64,000 bases of DNA, taken from contig JAKQSI010000070.1 in the NCBI GenBank assembly GCA_029570205.1, forward strand, positions 53,254-117,253, in the 5' to 3' direction. Position numbers and translations under genes: made by a program. Every line of letters begins with the position of its first letter. Positions within the stretch are counted from its first letter, which is position 1. The notes below the pieces were generated by a model. The model searched no databases and had not been told where the DNA came from. It saw only the letters and a program-made list of their open reading frames with translations. This stretch comes from Candidatus Omnitrophota bacterium. Its GTDB lineage: Bacteria > Hinthialibacterota > Hinthialibacteria > Hinthialibacterales > JAKPRU01. Of the stretch, positions 30,875 to 40,235 are shown piece by piece.

Positions 30875-33472
30875 ATGACCGGACAAGACTTCACTCAACC
30901 TCGTATTCTGGTGACGGGCGATACGCCATCGGCGTGGGATACCTACCGGTCTGCCCTGAATCCGGGCACAAATGTGCCGGAGGGTCCGCCGTTCGTTTTT
31001 AACCTCGCTTTCTGCCATTCACGGGAAGAAACCTGTGACAGGTTGCGTTCGGCCAGGTTGGAGAACCGCCCGTACGCCGTTGTTTTTATTGAAATTATGG
31101 ATTTGTCTCAGCCGGACTGGGGCAATTTGGCACGAGGAATCCGCGCCATCGACTCCGATGTCGAGATTGTGCTTGCGACAACACATTCCGATCATCATTT
31201 AGACGACATAATCCGCGGAGTGCTTCCGTTCGACAAGATTCTGGTTCTTCGTAAACCGTGTCATCCGGTTGAAATCCGCCAGTTGGCCATCTCCCTGTGG
31301 GGGAAATGGCGAGCCGAGAGACAATTGCGTTGGATTGAGCGCGAGACACAGCAGGAGTCTGCCGGCCCATTCGAATCTCCCGGCTCTGATGTCCCGGAAC
31401 AAGACACACAACAAAGGAACCAGCAGGCTGTGGAGGATCACCTTCAGGCCGTACTGGACGCCATTCCGGGATGCGTTTCCTGGATTACATCCGATTTACG
31501 ATATGTGGGGATCAATCGATACCTGGCCAGGTTACTGGGAATTCCTGCCGAGCAGGCCATCGGTCAACCCGTGGGATTCAAGCACACCGACTCGGACTTC
31601 TGCCGGTTCGTAGAGCGTTTTTTTGCATCGAATGTTCAGTGGGACAGCACACAGACCAGTGGGACCATGCAAGGCGAACAACACGATTTCTTTGTGGTGG
31701 GTCAAAAATACCGGAACAGCAAAGAAGCGGTTTTTGTGGGATTGGACGTAACCGAACAGAAGCGGGCAGAACGGGCGTTGCGCGAAAGTGAAGAGGACTT
31801 TCGCCAACTCGCAGAGAACATCGGCGAAGTATTCTGGCTCGCCGACAAGGAGTTACGAAAGGTTGTTTATGTCAGTCCGGGGTATCAAGAGCTCTGGGGA
31901 CGCCGTTGTGAGGATGCGTATCGCGAACCTTCGTCGTGGCTTGAGACCGTCCATCCCGAAGACCGAGAGCGTGTGTTGCAGGCGCTTTCAACAGTTCGGG
32001 CGACAGGCGCGCTCAGCGAAGTATTCCGAATTATCCGTCCGGGTGGCTCGGTCCGGTGGGTTCGAGACCGCGCGTTTCCGATTCGCGACGAGTCCGGCGA
32101 GGTTTACCGTTATGCGGGGATTGTGGAGGACATTACCGATTCCAGGCGGGCGGAAGAGGAACGGGCAATGCTCGAAGAGCATCTGCTCAATACGGTTCTG
32201 GATGGGATTGTAACGGTCAATCGCGAGGGGGTCATTCTGGCGCTGAACAGCACGGCGGCCACATTGCTCAATGTTCCGCCCGGCAAGGCTGTCGGGATGT
32301 ACCTTTCGACGGTGTGCGGCTCGGACCGTGAGGTGATTGCGGACCTGGTCGAAAAGTCCATTGTTGCGGGGAACGTTGTGCGGGAGCTCCCGGTGACCTT
32401 TGAGTCGGCGGGACGGGTGTGGACGTTCACAGTCAGTGTGACGCCGCTGACCAGCGGGCGGGAGGATGGCGCGCTTTTGGTGATCCGCGATGTCAGCCGA
32501 CTGCGGGACCTGGAGCGCGAAATCTCGGATCGATTTTCATTTAAGAACATTGTCGGCAAAAGCCCGCAAATGCGACGTGTTTTTGAGATGATCCGCAACC
32601 TGGCCGATACCGACATTACGGTATTGATCCGGGGACCGAGCGGGACCGGCAAGGAACTGGTGGCGGAAGCCCTGCATTATCACGGTTCCGGTCGGATGGG
32701 ACCGCTTGTGAAAGTGAATTGCTCGGCTTTGCCGGAGACACTTCTGGAGAGTGAACTGTTCGGCCATGTGCGTGGAGCGTTTACCGGCGCGACCCGCGAC
32801 AAGGTTGGGCGGTTCGAACAGGCGGATGGCGGGACGATTTTCCTCGACGAAATCGGGGACATGTCTCCGGCCCTGCAACAGCGATTGTTGCGGGTTTTAC
32901 AGGAGCGTGAAATCGAACGGGTCGGGTCCACACAGACCATCAAAATCGACATCCGTGTTCTTGCGGCAACCAACCGAGATCTGTACGAGCTGGTTTCTAT
33001 CGGCAAGTTCCGGGAGGATCTTTATTATCGGTTGAACGTGGTGACCATTCAGCTGCCTCCGTTGCGGGAGCGACGTGACGATATTCCGCTTCTGATCCAG
33101 CATTTTCTGCGCCGATCTCAAGCGCACTTGGGACGAGTCATCAAGGGGATTGCTCCCGATGCCATGGAAATACTCCTTCATTACGATTGGCCCGGCAATG
33201 TGCGCCAGTTGGAGAATGCCATCGACCATGCCGTGGTGTTGAGCAGCGATGGATTTATCCGCACCGAGTGTCTTCCTCCGGAACTCCTGCGTGCCGTTCG
33301 GACTCCCCTTGAGCCGCGTCCTGTTGTGCAACCCACGATAGACAGGGAAACTCTTCAGGAAACGCTGAACGCGGTTGGCTGGAATCGGATGCGCGCCGCC
33401 CGAAGGCTTGGAATCAGCCGAACAACCCTCTGGAAAAAGATCAAGGAATACGAACTTATTCCGCCCGAATAA
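30875..33472 (+). CDS. Sigma-54-dependent Fis-family transcriptional activator with N-terminal receiver-like domain and three PAS domains
   Basis: AAA+ sigma-54 interaction motifs (GPSGTGKELVAEALH, GAFTGA); C-terminal Fis-type HTH (AARRLGISRTTLWKKIKE). Confidence 0.85.
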   Translation: MTGQDFTQPRILVTGDTPSAWDTYRSALNPGTNVPEGPPFVFNLAFCHSREETCDRLRSARLENRPYAVVFIEIMDLSQPDWGNLARGIRAIDSDVEIVLATTHSDHHLDDIIRGVLPFDKILVLRKPCHPVEIRQLAISLWGKWRAERQLRWIERETQQESAGPFESPGSDVPEQDTQQRNQQAVEDHLQAVLDAIPGCVSWITSDLRYVGINRYLARLLGIPAEQAIGQPVGFKHTDSDFCRFVERFFASNVQWDSTQTSGTMQGEQHDFFVVGQKYRNSKEAVFVGLDVTEQKRAERALRESEEDFRQLAENIGEVFWLADKELRKVVYVSPGYQELWGRRCEDAYREPSSWLETVHPEDRERVLQALSTVRATGALSEVFRIIRPGGSVRWVRDRAFPIRDESGEVYRYAGIVEDITDSRRAEEERAMLEEHLLNTVLDGIVTVNREGVILALNSTAATLLNVPPGKAVGMYLSTVCGSDREVIADLVEKSIVAGNVVRELPVTFESAGRVWTFTVSVTPLTSGREDGALLVIRDVSRLRDLEREISDRFSFKNIVGKSPQMRRVFEMIRNLADTDITVLIRGPSGTGKELVAEALHYHGSGRMGPLVKVNCSALPETLLESELFGHVRGAFTGATRDKVGRFEQADGGTIFLDEIGDMSPALQQRLLRVLQEREIERVGSTQTIKIDIRVLAATNRDLYELVSIGKFREDLYYRLNVVTIQLPPLRERRDDIPLLIQHFLRRSQAHLGRVIKGIAPDAMEILLHYDWPGNVRQLENAIDHAVVLSSDGFIRTECLPPELLRAVRTPLEPRPVVQPTIDRETLQETLNAVGWNRMRAARRLGISRTTLWKKIKEYELIPPE

Positions 33473-33565
33473 TTGGCAATCTTGGCTTGTAGTTTGATAG
33501 CGCGCAGGGGTGCATGACTGCGTGCCTGCGTCATCTTGATTGCTCAACTGCCACATTCTCTCTGG

Positions 33566-33585
33566 ATTCCGGCTTTCGCCGGAAT
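33566..33585. repeat. Family-A hairpin ATTCCGGC-TTTC-GCCGGAAT followed by GACGGCT
   Basis: Perfect inverted repeat with a 4-nt loop. Related copies at 41346-41365 (opposite orientation), 47932-47993 (tandem) and 51924-51943. Confidence 0.7.
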
Positions 33586-33625
33586 GACGGCTCTTGTCTC
33601 CTCTTGCATTGGAGGAACCTCTTTT

Positions 33626-33662
33626 CTCCCTCTCCCACCGGGAGAGGGTTGGGGTGAGGGGA
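33626..33662. repeat. Family-B element: hairpin CCCTCTCCC-acc-GGGAGAGGG followed by TTGGGGTGAGGG
   Basis: Copies with compensatory stem changes at 42870-42915, 48034-48073, 49141-49172 and 58366-58403. Confidence 0.7.
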
Positions 33663-33733
33663 TGTTCACCGTGTTCACTCTGTCCACCCTTCTCCCACGG
33701 TCTGAGTGCGATGAGAATTTCTTCCTCCCCCAT

Positions 33734-33777
33734 AAAAAATCCTCCGGTCGGAACAATTTCCAACCGGAGGATTTTGG
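33734..33777. terminator. Bidirectional rho-independent terminator between convergent genes
   Basis: AAAAAA then ATCCTCCGGTCGG (loop aacaattt) CCAACCGGAGGAT then TTTTGG: 12 bp paired stem flanked by an A-run and a T-run. Confidence 0.6.
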
Positions 33778-33814
33778 TCACCGCAAGAACCGATTACTCA
33801 CATCGGCATCTGGC

Positions 33815-35269
33815 TCAGTGGAGCTCCCAATCGGAGACCCCTGTGCCCTTAGCGGGATTCGGGAACACACTTACCACGCAATCGCTATTGCCGAAGGCTT
33901 GGGTTCCCCACGCGAACGCAACGAACTCATTGTTCATACCCGGCATGAGCTGGCCCGGCTTTCCACCTTTATCCGGGGGGAATTCCGGCAGATTGTGCGG
34001 AATGAAAGCATCCGTGGCCGGTGTACCATCGGCATTGAATACGCGAGCGACCGTGCACTCCATAAAGGTCACATCGTCCGCATAGCCATCTTGCCAGGAG
34101 ACAGCAAAGGAACCGTTGGGAGCCATCGCCACACGGTTGCGGCCCAAGCCACGTGTTTCGCTATGTTGAGAAACCAGGATCGGCGGGCCGATCGGGTCCC
34201 CGCTGGCGTTCCACAGCTGTGCCAGAACCACCCCGACTCCAGCCAGTTCCGGAAGCGGTGCGAATCCATCGGGGATTGTGGCTCCCTCGTGAACGGTCAC
34301 CCATAAGTCGCCACCGCAGGCTTCCATCCAGGTAGCCCCGGCATTCAACATTGAATCCCGAATCGGGAATTTACTACCCAACAGGCTGCCGTTGTTGTCA
34401 TAGAACTCGGCTGTGACACCGTTGTCCGAATCGCTGAACATTACGACGAAACCGTTGGCCAGCGCTCCGCAACGAATCCCCTCCTGTTTTCCGGTCACAT
34501 CATTGGTGAAAAACTCATCTTTGAATCGAGACCCATCGGAGTTGAAGATATTGATGGTTGCGACCTTGTTATTATTTGATGAGTAGTCGGGATCGCCCTC
34601 ATATCGGTGATTCTGGCAGTTGGTGACAATGACGAATTTTCCGTCATTGAGCCAGCAACAATCCCAATCCCGGTGCCCGGCGCTGAACTGAGAAATCGAA
34701 ATCGGTCCGGTGATCGGCTGAAGATTTCCATCGAACAACATGAAGAATCCATGCCCCTGGCCGTCGTCTTCTACAATTCCGTCCGCGTCGATCACGGTCT
34801 CCGGAATTATGACGTTTGAGTTGGTCAAACTGCTGGCTGTCCAAGTTGCCGCGGCCAGGAACACATTCTCACCACGCTTGTTCTTGCACAGTGTCCAGTT
34901 TGTATTCGCGCCTGTGTTGACTCCAACAATTATATCCGCCGCACCGCCATCTGTGAAGACGGGGAAGATACGGTTGCCGTTTCGATCCATTCCACTTACA
35001 TGGTGACTGCCGCCACGGTTTACCCAGAACACGACCGTAGTTCCGTTGTCCAGGACGCACAGTTTCTGCTCCCGGTCATCGTTGGAGGTCTGGCCCAGCA
35101 TCATCGGAACTTCAGTGTGAATCGGCGCCAATGGGGGTGTCAACTCCGCATACGTGGGAGTATCGTCCTTGTAAGTGATCGGCGAACCGATCGGTTGACT
35201 GAACGCCACGGGAACCGCAAACGCGCAGATCCCAACAATGAAAAACGTAAAACTCTTCTTCATGTTCAT
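33815..35269 (-). CDS. Secreted hypothetical protein (Sec signal peptide; repeated DG/NG beta-strand-like segments, possibly propeller or beta-sandwich)
   Basis: Start MNMKKSFTFFIVGICAFAVPVAFSQ with AAGGAG RBS; the upstream 63 aa of the ORF-track call are probably non-coding. Confidence 0.55.
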   Translation of the reverse strand: MNMKKSFTFFIVGICAFAVPVAFSQPIGSPITYKDDTPTYAELTPPLAPIHTEVPMMLGQTSNDDREQKLCVLDNGTTVVFWVNRGGSHHVSGMDRNGNRIFPVFTDGGAADIIVGVNTGANTNWTLCKNKRGENVFLAAATWTASSLTNSNVIIPETVIDADGIVEDDGQGHGFFMLFDGNLQPITGPISISQFSAGHRDWDCCWLNDGKFVIVTNCQNHRYEGDPDYSSNNNKVATINIFNSDGSRFKDEFFTNDVTGKQEGIRCGALANGFVVMFSDSDNGVTAEFYDNNGSLLGSKFPIRDSMLNAGATWMEACGGDLWVTVHEGATIPDGFAPLPELAGVGVVLAQLWNASGDPIGPPILVSQHSETRGLGRNRVAMAPNGSFAVSWQDGYADDVTFMECTVARVFNADGTPATDAFIPHNLPEFPPDKGGKPGQLMPGMNNEFVAFAWGTQAFGNSDCVVSVFPNPAKGTGVSDWELH

Positions 35270-35709
35270 AGTCTCCTTACCTATTTTTGTTTTTTCGTGA
35301 GTGTGCCGAATTTCCTCGCACGGTGGTCTTTTTTCACCTCCTCTCCGTCCCCAAACGGGAACAGGACCTCCTTCCGGAAACAGCAGCACAGTCGAATCAT
35401 AGCACATTTCGATACCCGATACTACCATGAACGATAAAATTATTACTTTTATTTCCATTTTTTCCGGAACAGAAGGGAAAATTACGTATTAGGAATTGGA
35501 AAAAAGGGACGGGCACGGATGGGGACAGGAGCGGACTGAATCACGAAAACGCGAAGAAAACGTGGGAATATGAAAAAAAAAGAAGAAATGGAGGACAAAA
35601 GGATCTGTTGCAAGCAGAATACTGACCGGGAAATACCCTCGCGCCGAAGAAAAGCAATGGGGACCGGGATGCGGCCCCTGATGCCGGGTTTCGCAGGAAT
35701 ATCCCTGAA

Positions 35710-37011
35710 TTATGCGCAGACAGCCTTGCGTTCTTCCGCTGTCATTTCATGGATTTTGCGTAACAGCGCCTCTTCTTCAGGCCCCATTTCCATATCCCGT
35801 CTGGACACAACCCTCCTGGCCACCTCGATGAACTTGTCCACGCGATACTCCATCACGCGCTTGGCCACCTGGATGAACTTGTCTGCTCGATACTCAACAA
35901 ATCCATCCGGACCGCCCCAGCAGAAAGACGGCACATACGTGGGCGGCAAACCGGAGCCATAGATGTTGCATCCGATCCCGATGACGGTTCCAGTGTTCAA
36001 CATGGTGTTGATTCCGGTTTTGGAATGATCGCCGATGGTGCATCCGACAAAAAGGCTGCCGGTGTCGATCCGTTCGCCGTTGATTGTGACTTTCACAGTT
36101 CCATATTCATTCTTCAGGTCGCTGTTATTCGTGTTTGCCCCGAGGTTGACCCATAAGCCCAGGTAAGCATGTCCGAGAAAGCCATCATGCTGCTTGTTTG
36201 AATAGCTGTGAATAATGGATTCCTCGACCTCGCCGCCCACTTTGCAGACCGGACCGATGCTGGTCCCTTCGTAAATCTTCGCGCCGATTTTGATCGCGCT
36301 TTTTTTGCCGACATAAGTCGGCCCTTCAATTACGGCGTTCGGGAAGATTTTCGCATCTTTGTCGATAAAAACCGGTCCCTCTTCCGCATCGATCACCGTG
36401 CCAGGCGTCACTTTCGCGCCCGCCGCGATATAGACATGCTCTCTCCCCAGAATGTGAACACCTTCGTAAACTGTACCTTCAATCTCTCCCGGCCTGGCCA
36501 GGGTCCTGAATTCCCGAACGATCTCTTTCGAGTTGTTTTGAACCAGATTCCACGGATACTTAAGAACCGGATAGTCGACCTCGATTTTCTCTACTTGCGG
36601 CAGGCGATCCAATGTGATCGGTTGGGTCCAATCGACCGCAGCCAGGTTCGCGCCGGACAGACGTGCCGCAATGACCGTATCATCCCTCACGAAAATCTTG
36701 TCGGGTCCCTCGATCCGTATGTTCTGGCCGAACTCTTCATACCACAAGGCGCGACCATTAACCAGAAGTGCGTTCTCCGCCTTGCATTCGTTGACCGGAC
36801 AGTTGATCTTTCTGTAGCCGAGATATTCTTTCAGAAACGGCTCCAGAAGTTTCCGGACATGATACACAAAAGCGGCTCTCGGATAGGCGGCCTGAATCTT
36901 TTCTCCCAGCATCCTGATTCCGCACCGAAGTGAGTACACAGGATTATTCAACGTAAGCGGGTAGAAATTTCGATACCCCTCGTCTTCGAAAAGTACGACG
37001 TGCCCAGCCAT
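35710..37011 (-). CDS. Left-handed beta-helix (hexapeptide-repeat) protein, GlmU-C-terminal/sugar-nucleotidyltransferase-like
   Basis: Multiple [LIV]-G-x-x-x-x hexapeptide repeats in the C-terminal half; internal 15-aa tandem duplication near the C-terminus. Confidence 0.55.
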   Translation of the reverse strand: MAGHVVLFEDEGYRNFYPLTLNNPVYSLRCGIRMLGEKIQAAYPRAAFVYHVRKLLEPFLKEYLGYRKINCPVNECKAENALLVNGRALWYEEFGQNIRIEGPDKIFVRDDTVIAARLSGANLAAVDWTQPITLDRLPQVEKIEVDYPVLKYPWNLVQNNSKEIVREFRTLARPGEIEGTVYEGVHILGREHVYIAAGAKVTPGTVIDAEEGPVFIDKDAKIFPNAVIEGPTYVGKKSAIKIGAKIYEGTSIGPVCKVGGEVEESIIHSYSNKQHDGFLGHAYLGLWVNLGANTNNSDLKNEYGTVKVTINGERIDTGSLFVGCTIGDHSKTGINTMLNTGTVIGIGCNIYGSGLPPTYVPSFCWGGPDGFVEYRADKFIQVAKRVMEYRVDKFIEVARRVVSRRDMEMGPEEEALLRKIHEMTAEERKAVCA

Positions 37012-37157
37012 CTATGTTTTCCTCCTGTGGGACGGATTTTGATCGTTTTTCAAACTTCCCCGCAATCTGTCGTTCCCATCCTGCAGGGGTTCCCATCCTG
37101 CAGGGGCAAGGCATGCCTTCCCCCTGCCAAATGCCTTCCTCTATGCGTTACAACCTC

Positions 37158-37928
37158 TTATTCCGGTTTGTTGTTATAGACCCATTTATAGTAATCCTTC
37201 AGTTCGAGTTGGGAGGCGGCAGCCTCATCGAGGACGAAGATAGCTCTGGGATGAGTTTGCAGGACGGAGGCAGTCACCATGGCGGTGACAGGTCCTTCGA
37301 TGGCCTTCTTGATGGTCGCGGCCTTTTTACTGCCGTTGCAGAGCAGCAGGCAGATTCGCGCTTCCATGATCGTTCCGACACCCATGGTGAGGGCATACCG
37401 GGGGACATCCTCTATCTTTTCGAAGAATCGCGAATTGTCGTTGATGGTTTCCTGCGTCAATGTTTTCATGCGTGTGCGCGAAGCCAGGGAAGAGCCCGGC
37501 TCATTGAATGCGATATGACCGTCTCCGCCGATGCCGAGAACCTGCAAGTCGATCCCGCCTGCCTCGTCGATCTGTTCCTCGTACCATTCACAGTGCGCCT
37601 CCGGATCTTCCGCCATGCCGTCGGGGACGTGGACATTCTGCGGCGACAAATTGATATGATTGAACAGATTATCGTGCATGAAATAGTGATAGGACTGGTC
37701 GTGGGTCCGCGGGAGGCCGATGTATTCGTCCAGGTTGAACGTGATGACCTTGGAGAAATCCAGCCCCTCTTCCTTGTACATGCGAATGAGTTCTTTGTAG
37801 AGACCGATAGGGGTGCTGCCGGTGGCCAATCCCAACACGCAGTTGGGCTTTCTGCGTACGAGAGAGGCGACGATTTTCGCCGCTTCTCTACTCATTTCGT
37901 CATAATCGGCCTTGATGATGACTTCCAT
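37158..37928 (-). CDS. nagB: Glucosamine-6-phosphate deaminase
   Basis: Start MEVIIKADYDEM with GGAG RBS; NagB motifs (LGLATGSTP, GIGGDGHIAFNEPGSS). Confidence 0.9.
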   Translation of the reverse strand: MEVIIKADYDEMSREAAKIVASLVRRKPNCVLGLATGSTPIGLYKELIRMYKEEGLDFSKVITFNLDEYIGLPRTHDQSYHYFMHDNLFNHINLSPQNVHVPDGMAEDPEAHCEWYEEQIDEAGGIDLQVLGIGGDGHIAFNEPGSSLASRTRMKTLTQETINDNSRFFEKIEDVPRYALTMGVGTIMEARICLLLCNGSKKAATIKKAIEGPVTAMVTASVLQTHPRAIFVLDEAAASQLELKDYYKWVYNNKPE

Positions 37929-38472
37929 TCTGATGCTCCGTTTCTTCTGTGGGAATTGCGTGATACCTCTGAGTTTGATTCGCGACAAATCGGAAGTATA
38001 ATCGGCTTTTTCTCCTGTTCGCTAGGGAAGAATATCGGACAACGGATTGCAGTCGGCAGAGTTTAAAAAAAAGAAGACTGGCCCCAAGCTCCGCTTCGGT
38101 ACCAGCCTCAAAAGCTTCAGAAGGTTTTTGGTTAGCTCCGCTAACGTTCGTTCCTTCGAAACTCTCGAAGGTTTGAACGATCTCGGGCGTTCACTCGTTG
38201 TCCGTCCGAGACCACTCCAACCTTCATATCTACAGCACCCAACCCTTTTTTAGCAACTGCAATGCCAAAAAGCGGAATGGTCGATTCCGCGAGGCTTCTA
38301 TGGTTCATAACATGCAGAGTATTAAGGAGTTAGAATCAGGTATCCCCATGGAAATCCCGAATGGGTTTCCGTAATGACAGGTGGAATGAAGACAGGAATT
38401 TCTTGCCGTTCGATATGGGGCAGATGAGACGTTTGCCGGAACAATACCCGGCCTTTGGAACTATCGAAGCGC

Positions 38473-38964
38473 CTATTCCGCCAGGGCCTTCATAATTCTG
38501 GGTGGGAGAAGCCAGACCAATTCCATTTCCCCCTCGGATAGCTGAACCCGCGCAACGCCTCCCTTTTTCATCCACACTCCGCCTCGGTGGTGACCACAGG
38601 TGGCGAAGGAGACAAAGCGCGAGAACGCCGGATCATGCCCCACAAGCACGACACAGTCCTTTTTTGTTTTCTGCGCGACCTCCAGAAGGTCCTGAGGGCT
38701 TGCGTCCGGTCCGAGGCGCTCATCCTCCATCAATCCCTCCGAGGGGATCCCAAAGGCTTCCGCGACGATCTCAGCGGTCTGCCTGGCCCGTACCAGCGGA
38801 CTACTGATGATCGCCCCCGGTTTTTCCAGAATCCGCTGCAACCCTGTCGCGATTCTTTCCATGTCTCTGATCCCCTCGGATGTCAGTGCGCGCTCGGCAT
38901 CGAATCGAACGCCCGGACTGCCGAGCGGTTCGGCGGCTGCATGACGGATCAGCACGATATCCAT
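38473..38964 (-). CDS. sixA: Phosphohistidine phosphatase SixA (histidine-phosphatase superfamily)
   Basis: MDIVLIRHAAAE with RHA catalytic-motif start; ~160 aa. Confidence 0.75.
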   Translation of the reverse strand: MDIVLIRHAAAEPLGSPGVRFDAERALTSEGIRDMERIATGLQRILEKPGAIISSPLVRARQTAEIVAEAFGIPSEGLMEDERLGPDASPQDLLEVAQKTKKDCVVLVGHDPAFSRFVSFATCGHHRGGVWMKKGGVARVQLSEGEMELVWLLPPRIMKALAE

Positions 38965-38967
38965 GGT

Positions 38968-39615
38968 TTACTCCTTTGTGCTTGTGGCGCCCGGCGGTGT
39001 TTCTCCCATCCGTTTGAGAGCCTCTTCGGCGGCTTTCCGAACCTCTTCATAGTGGTCCAGAGTGGCCTCTTGGATCATTTCGAGCGCCCTGGGATCACCG
39101 ATTTCCCCCAGGGCCTTGATCGCGGCGGCACGAAGAGCGGATTCCCGGGGGCCGCGGCGACCCGCCATCAGCAGAAGATCCTCCACCGCTTCCCTTGCTC
39201 CGAGTCTCCCCAGCATCATGGCAGCCATCATGTAATAAGGGGTCTCTTTCCGTTCCCAAATCTGTTCCATGGAATGACGATTTCCCATACGGACGATTTC
39301 CAGCAGGGGATCAACCGCTGTGAATCCATACTCCAGAATCTTTTCCATGCGGGGAAAGACCTCGCGGGATGGCGGCGGCTGGCCTTCCTGGGACCGTGCC
39401 AGGTACCAGGCGAACATCTTGTCGATTGCATCCAACGCCTCTTTTTCCTCGGTAGAGAATTTTTTCGCGTCGATCTCATTGAGCAGCGGGTGCTTGCAGT
39501 CCCCGTGAGATTCTTTCCAACTTTTCTTTTCATCCGTGAGTGTGCATGAGATGGCCAGGATTGTTATCAGCGCAAGACGCCATCCGAACGGAATTGCATC
39601 AGGAAGACTTTTCAT
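38968..39615 (-). CDS. HEAT-repeat lipoprotein
   Basis: Signal/lipobox LALITILAISCT; C-terminal HEAT repeats (ALGEIGDPRALEMIQEATLDHYEEVRKAAEEAL); 4-nt gap to sixA. Confidence 0.6.
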   Translation of the reverse strand: MKSLPDAIPFGWRLALITILAISCTLTDEKKSWKESHGDCKHPLLNEIDAKKFSTEEKEALDAIDKMFAWYLARSQEGQPPPSREVFPRMEKILEYGFTAVDPLLEIVRMGNRHSMEQIWERKETPYYMMAAMMLGRLGAREAVEDLLLMAGRRGPRESALRAAAIKALGEIGDPRALEMIQEATLDHYEEVRKAAEEALKRMGETPPGATSTKE

Positions 39616-39998
39616 CGGTTTGGTATCCTATCTATTCCCCCTCGGTTCCCGTATTTGGGATTGTACCGGCCCTGCTCTCGGAATCTATCGCGCATGTCAC
39701 GCCTATTCCCGAAGCGGAGATAGCTTTCAAAAATATCCCCCGTTCCCGAGACACGCAGGTCCTTTTGTTCCTGCAGCAGAGTGTTCAGTTTACCTTGGTG
39801 TTCCCGGCGCCGGACTCGCGCGTGTACTTCTTCCCTGGGATTCTCGAATTTTCCCGACGCCAAGAGGATATTCGGGCGCTCTCTGTCTTTCTCTGCCTGT
39901 ACGGAGATTGAGAAAGGACGTCGAGCAAAGGCGGTCATCAGTCCCGCTCCTGCGCAGACTGTGCCTTTCAGGAACCGGCGTCTTTTTATTATGCCCAT
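39612..39998 (-). CDS. Small (128 aa) TAT-signal protein, R/E/K-rich, function unknown
   Basis: MGIIKRRRFLKGTVCAGAGLMTAFA twin-arginine signal; AAGGAGA RBS 6 nt upstream; stop overlaps the start of the HEAT lipoprotein (ATGA). The 298-aa ORF-track call starting at 40508 is not supported. Confidence 0.45.
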   Translation of the reverse strand: MGIIKRRRFLKGTVCAGAGLMTAFARRPFSISVQAEKDRERPNILLASGKFENPREEVHARVRRREHQGKLNTLLQEQKDLRVSGTGDIFESYLRFGNRRDMRDRFREQGRYNPKYGNRGGIDRIPNR

Positions 39999-40077
39999 CG
40001 GAATCTCTCCTTCGGCTGATGGGACCAATTTTAGGCTGCACTTGTACAATGTCAATAACGATGGAGAAACGCGGCGC

Positions 40078-40106
40078 TTGACAGATCTGCGGATAAAAGT
40101 TACAAG
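40078..40106 (+). promoter_or_regulatory. Candidate promoter TTGACA-N17-TACAAG upstream of the URO-D-family gene
   Basis: Same hexamers and spacing as at 16779-16807. Confidence 0.35.
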
Positions 40107-40235
40107 AAGAGGTCCTGGTGGCGAATTGGCCATGTTACAACCCTCACCCCAACATTTTCTTCCGGTGGGAGAGGGACGCATCCGGGTGGGTGTCGGACTC
40201 GCCCGTACTTTTGACACAGCAGAGTGTGCGCCGCC

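Noticed and set aside
32897-34306. ORFs 32897-33781 (-) and 33536-34306 (+), 256-294 aa
   Set aside because: They overlap the 3' ends of the sigma-54 regulator and the secreted protein gene and span the repeat/terminator region; low-complexity R/G/P-rich translations.
35270-35709. Sigma-54 promoter upstream of the secreted protein gene, as a possible target of the adjacent sigma-54 PAS activator
   Set aside because: A GGCAC is present but no properly spaced -12 TTGC element; this AT-rich region probably holds an ordinary promoter.
38047-38340. tmRNA- or tRNA-like RNA (GGGGAUACCUGAUUCU on minus strand; GGTCGATTCC on plus strand)
   Set aside because: No TTCGAC box, no tag-peptide reading frame ending in a stop, no acceptor/CCA pairing; the T-loop-like segment does not fit the tRNA consensus.
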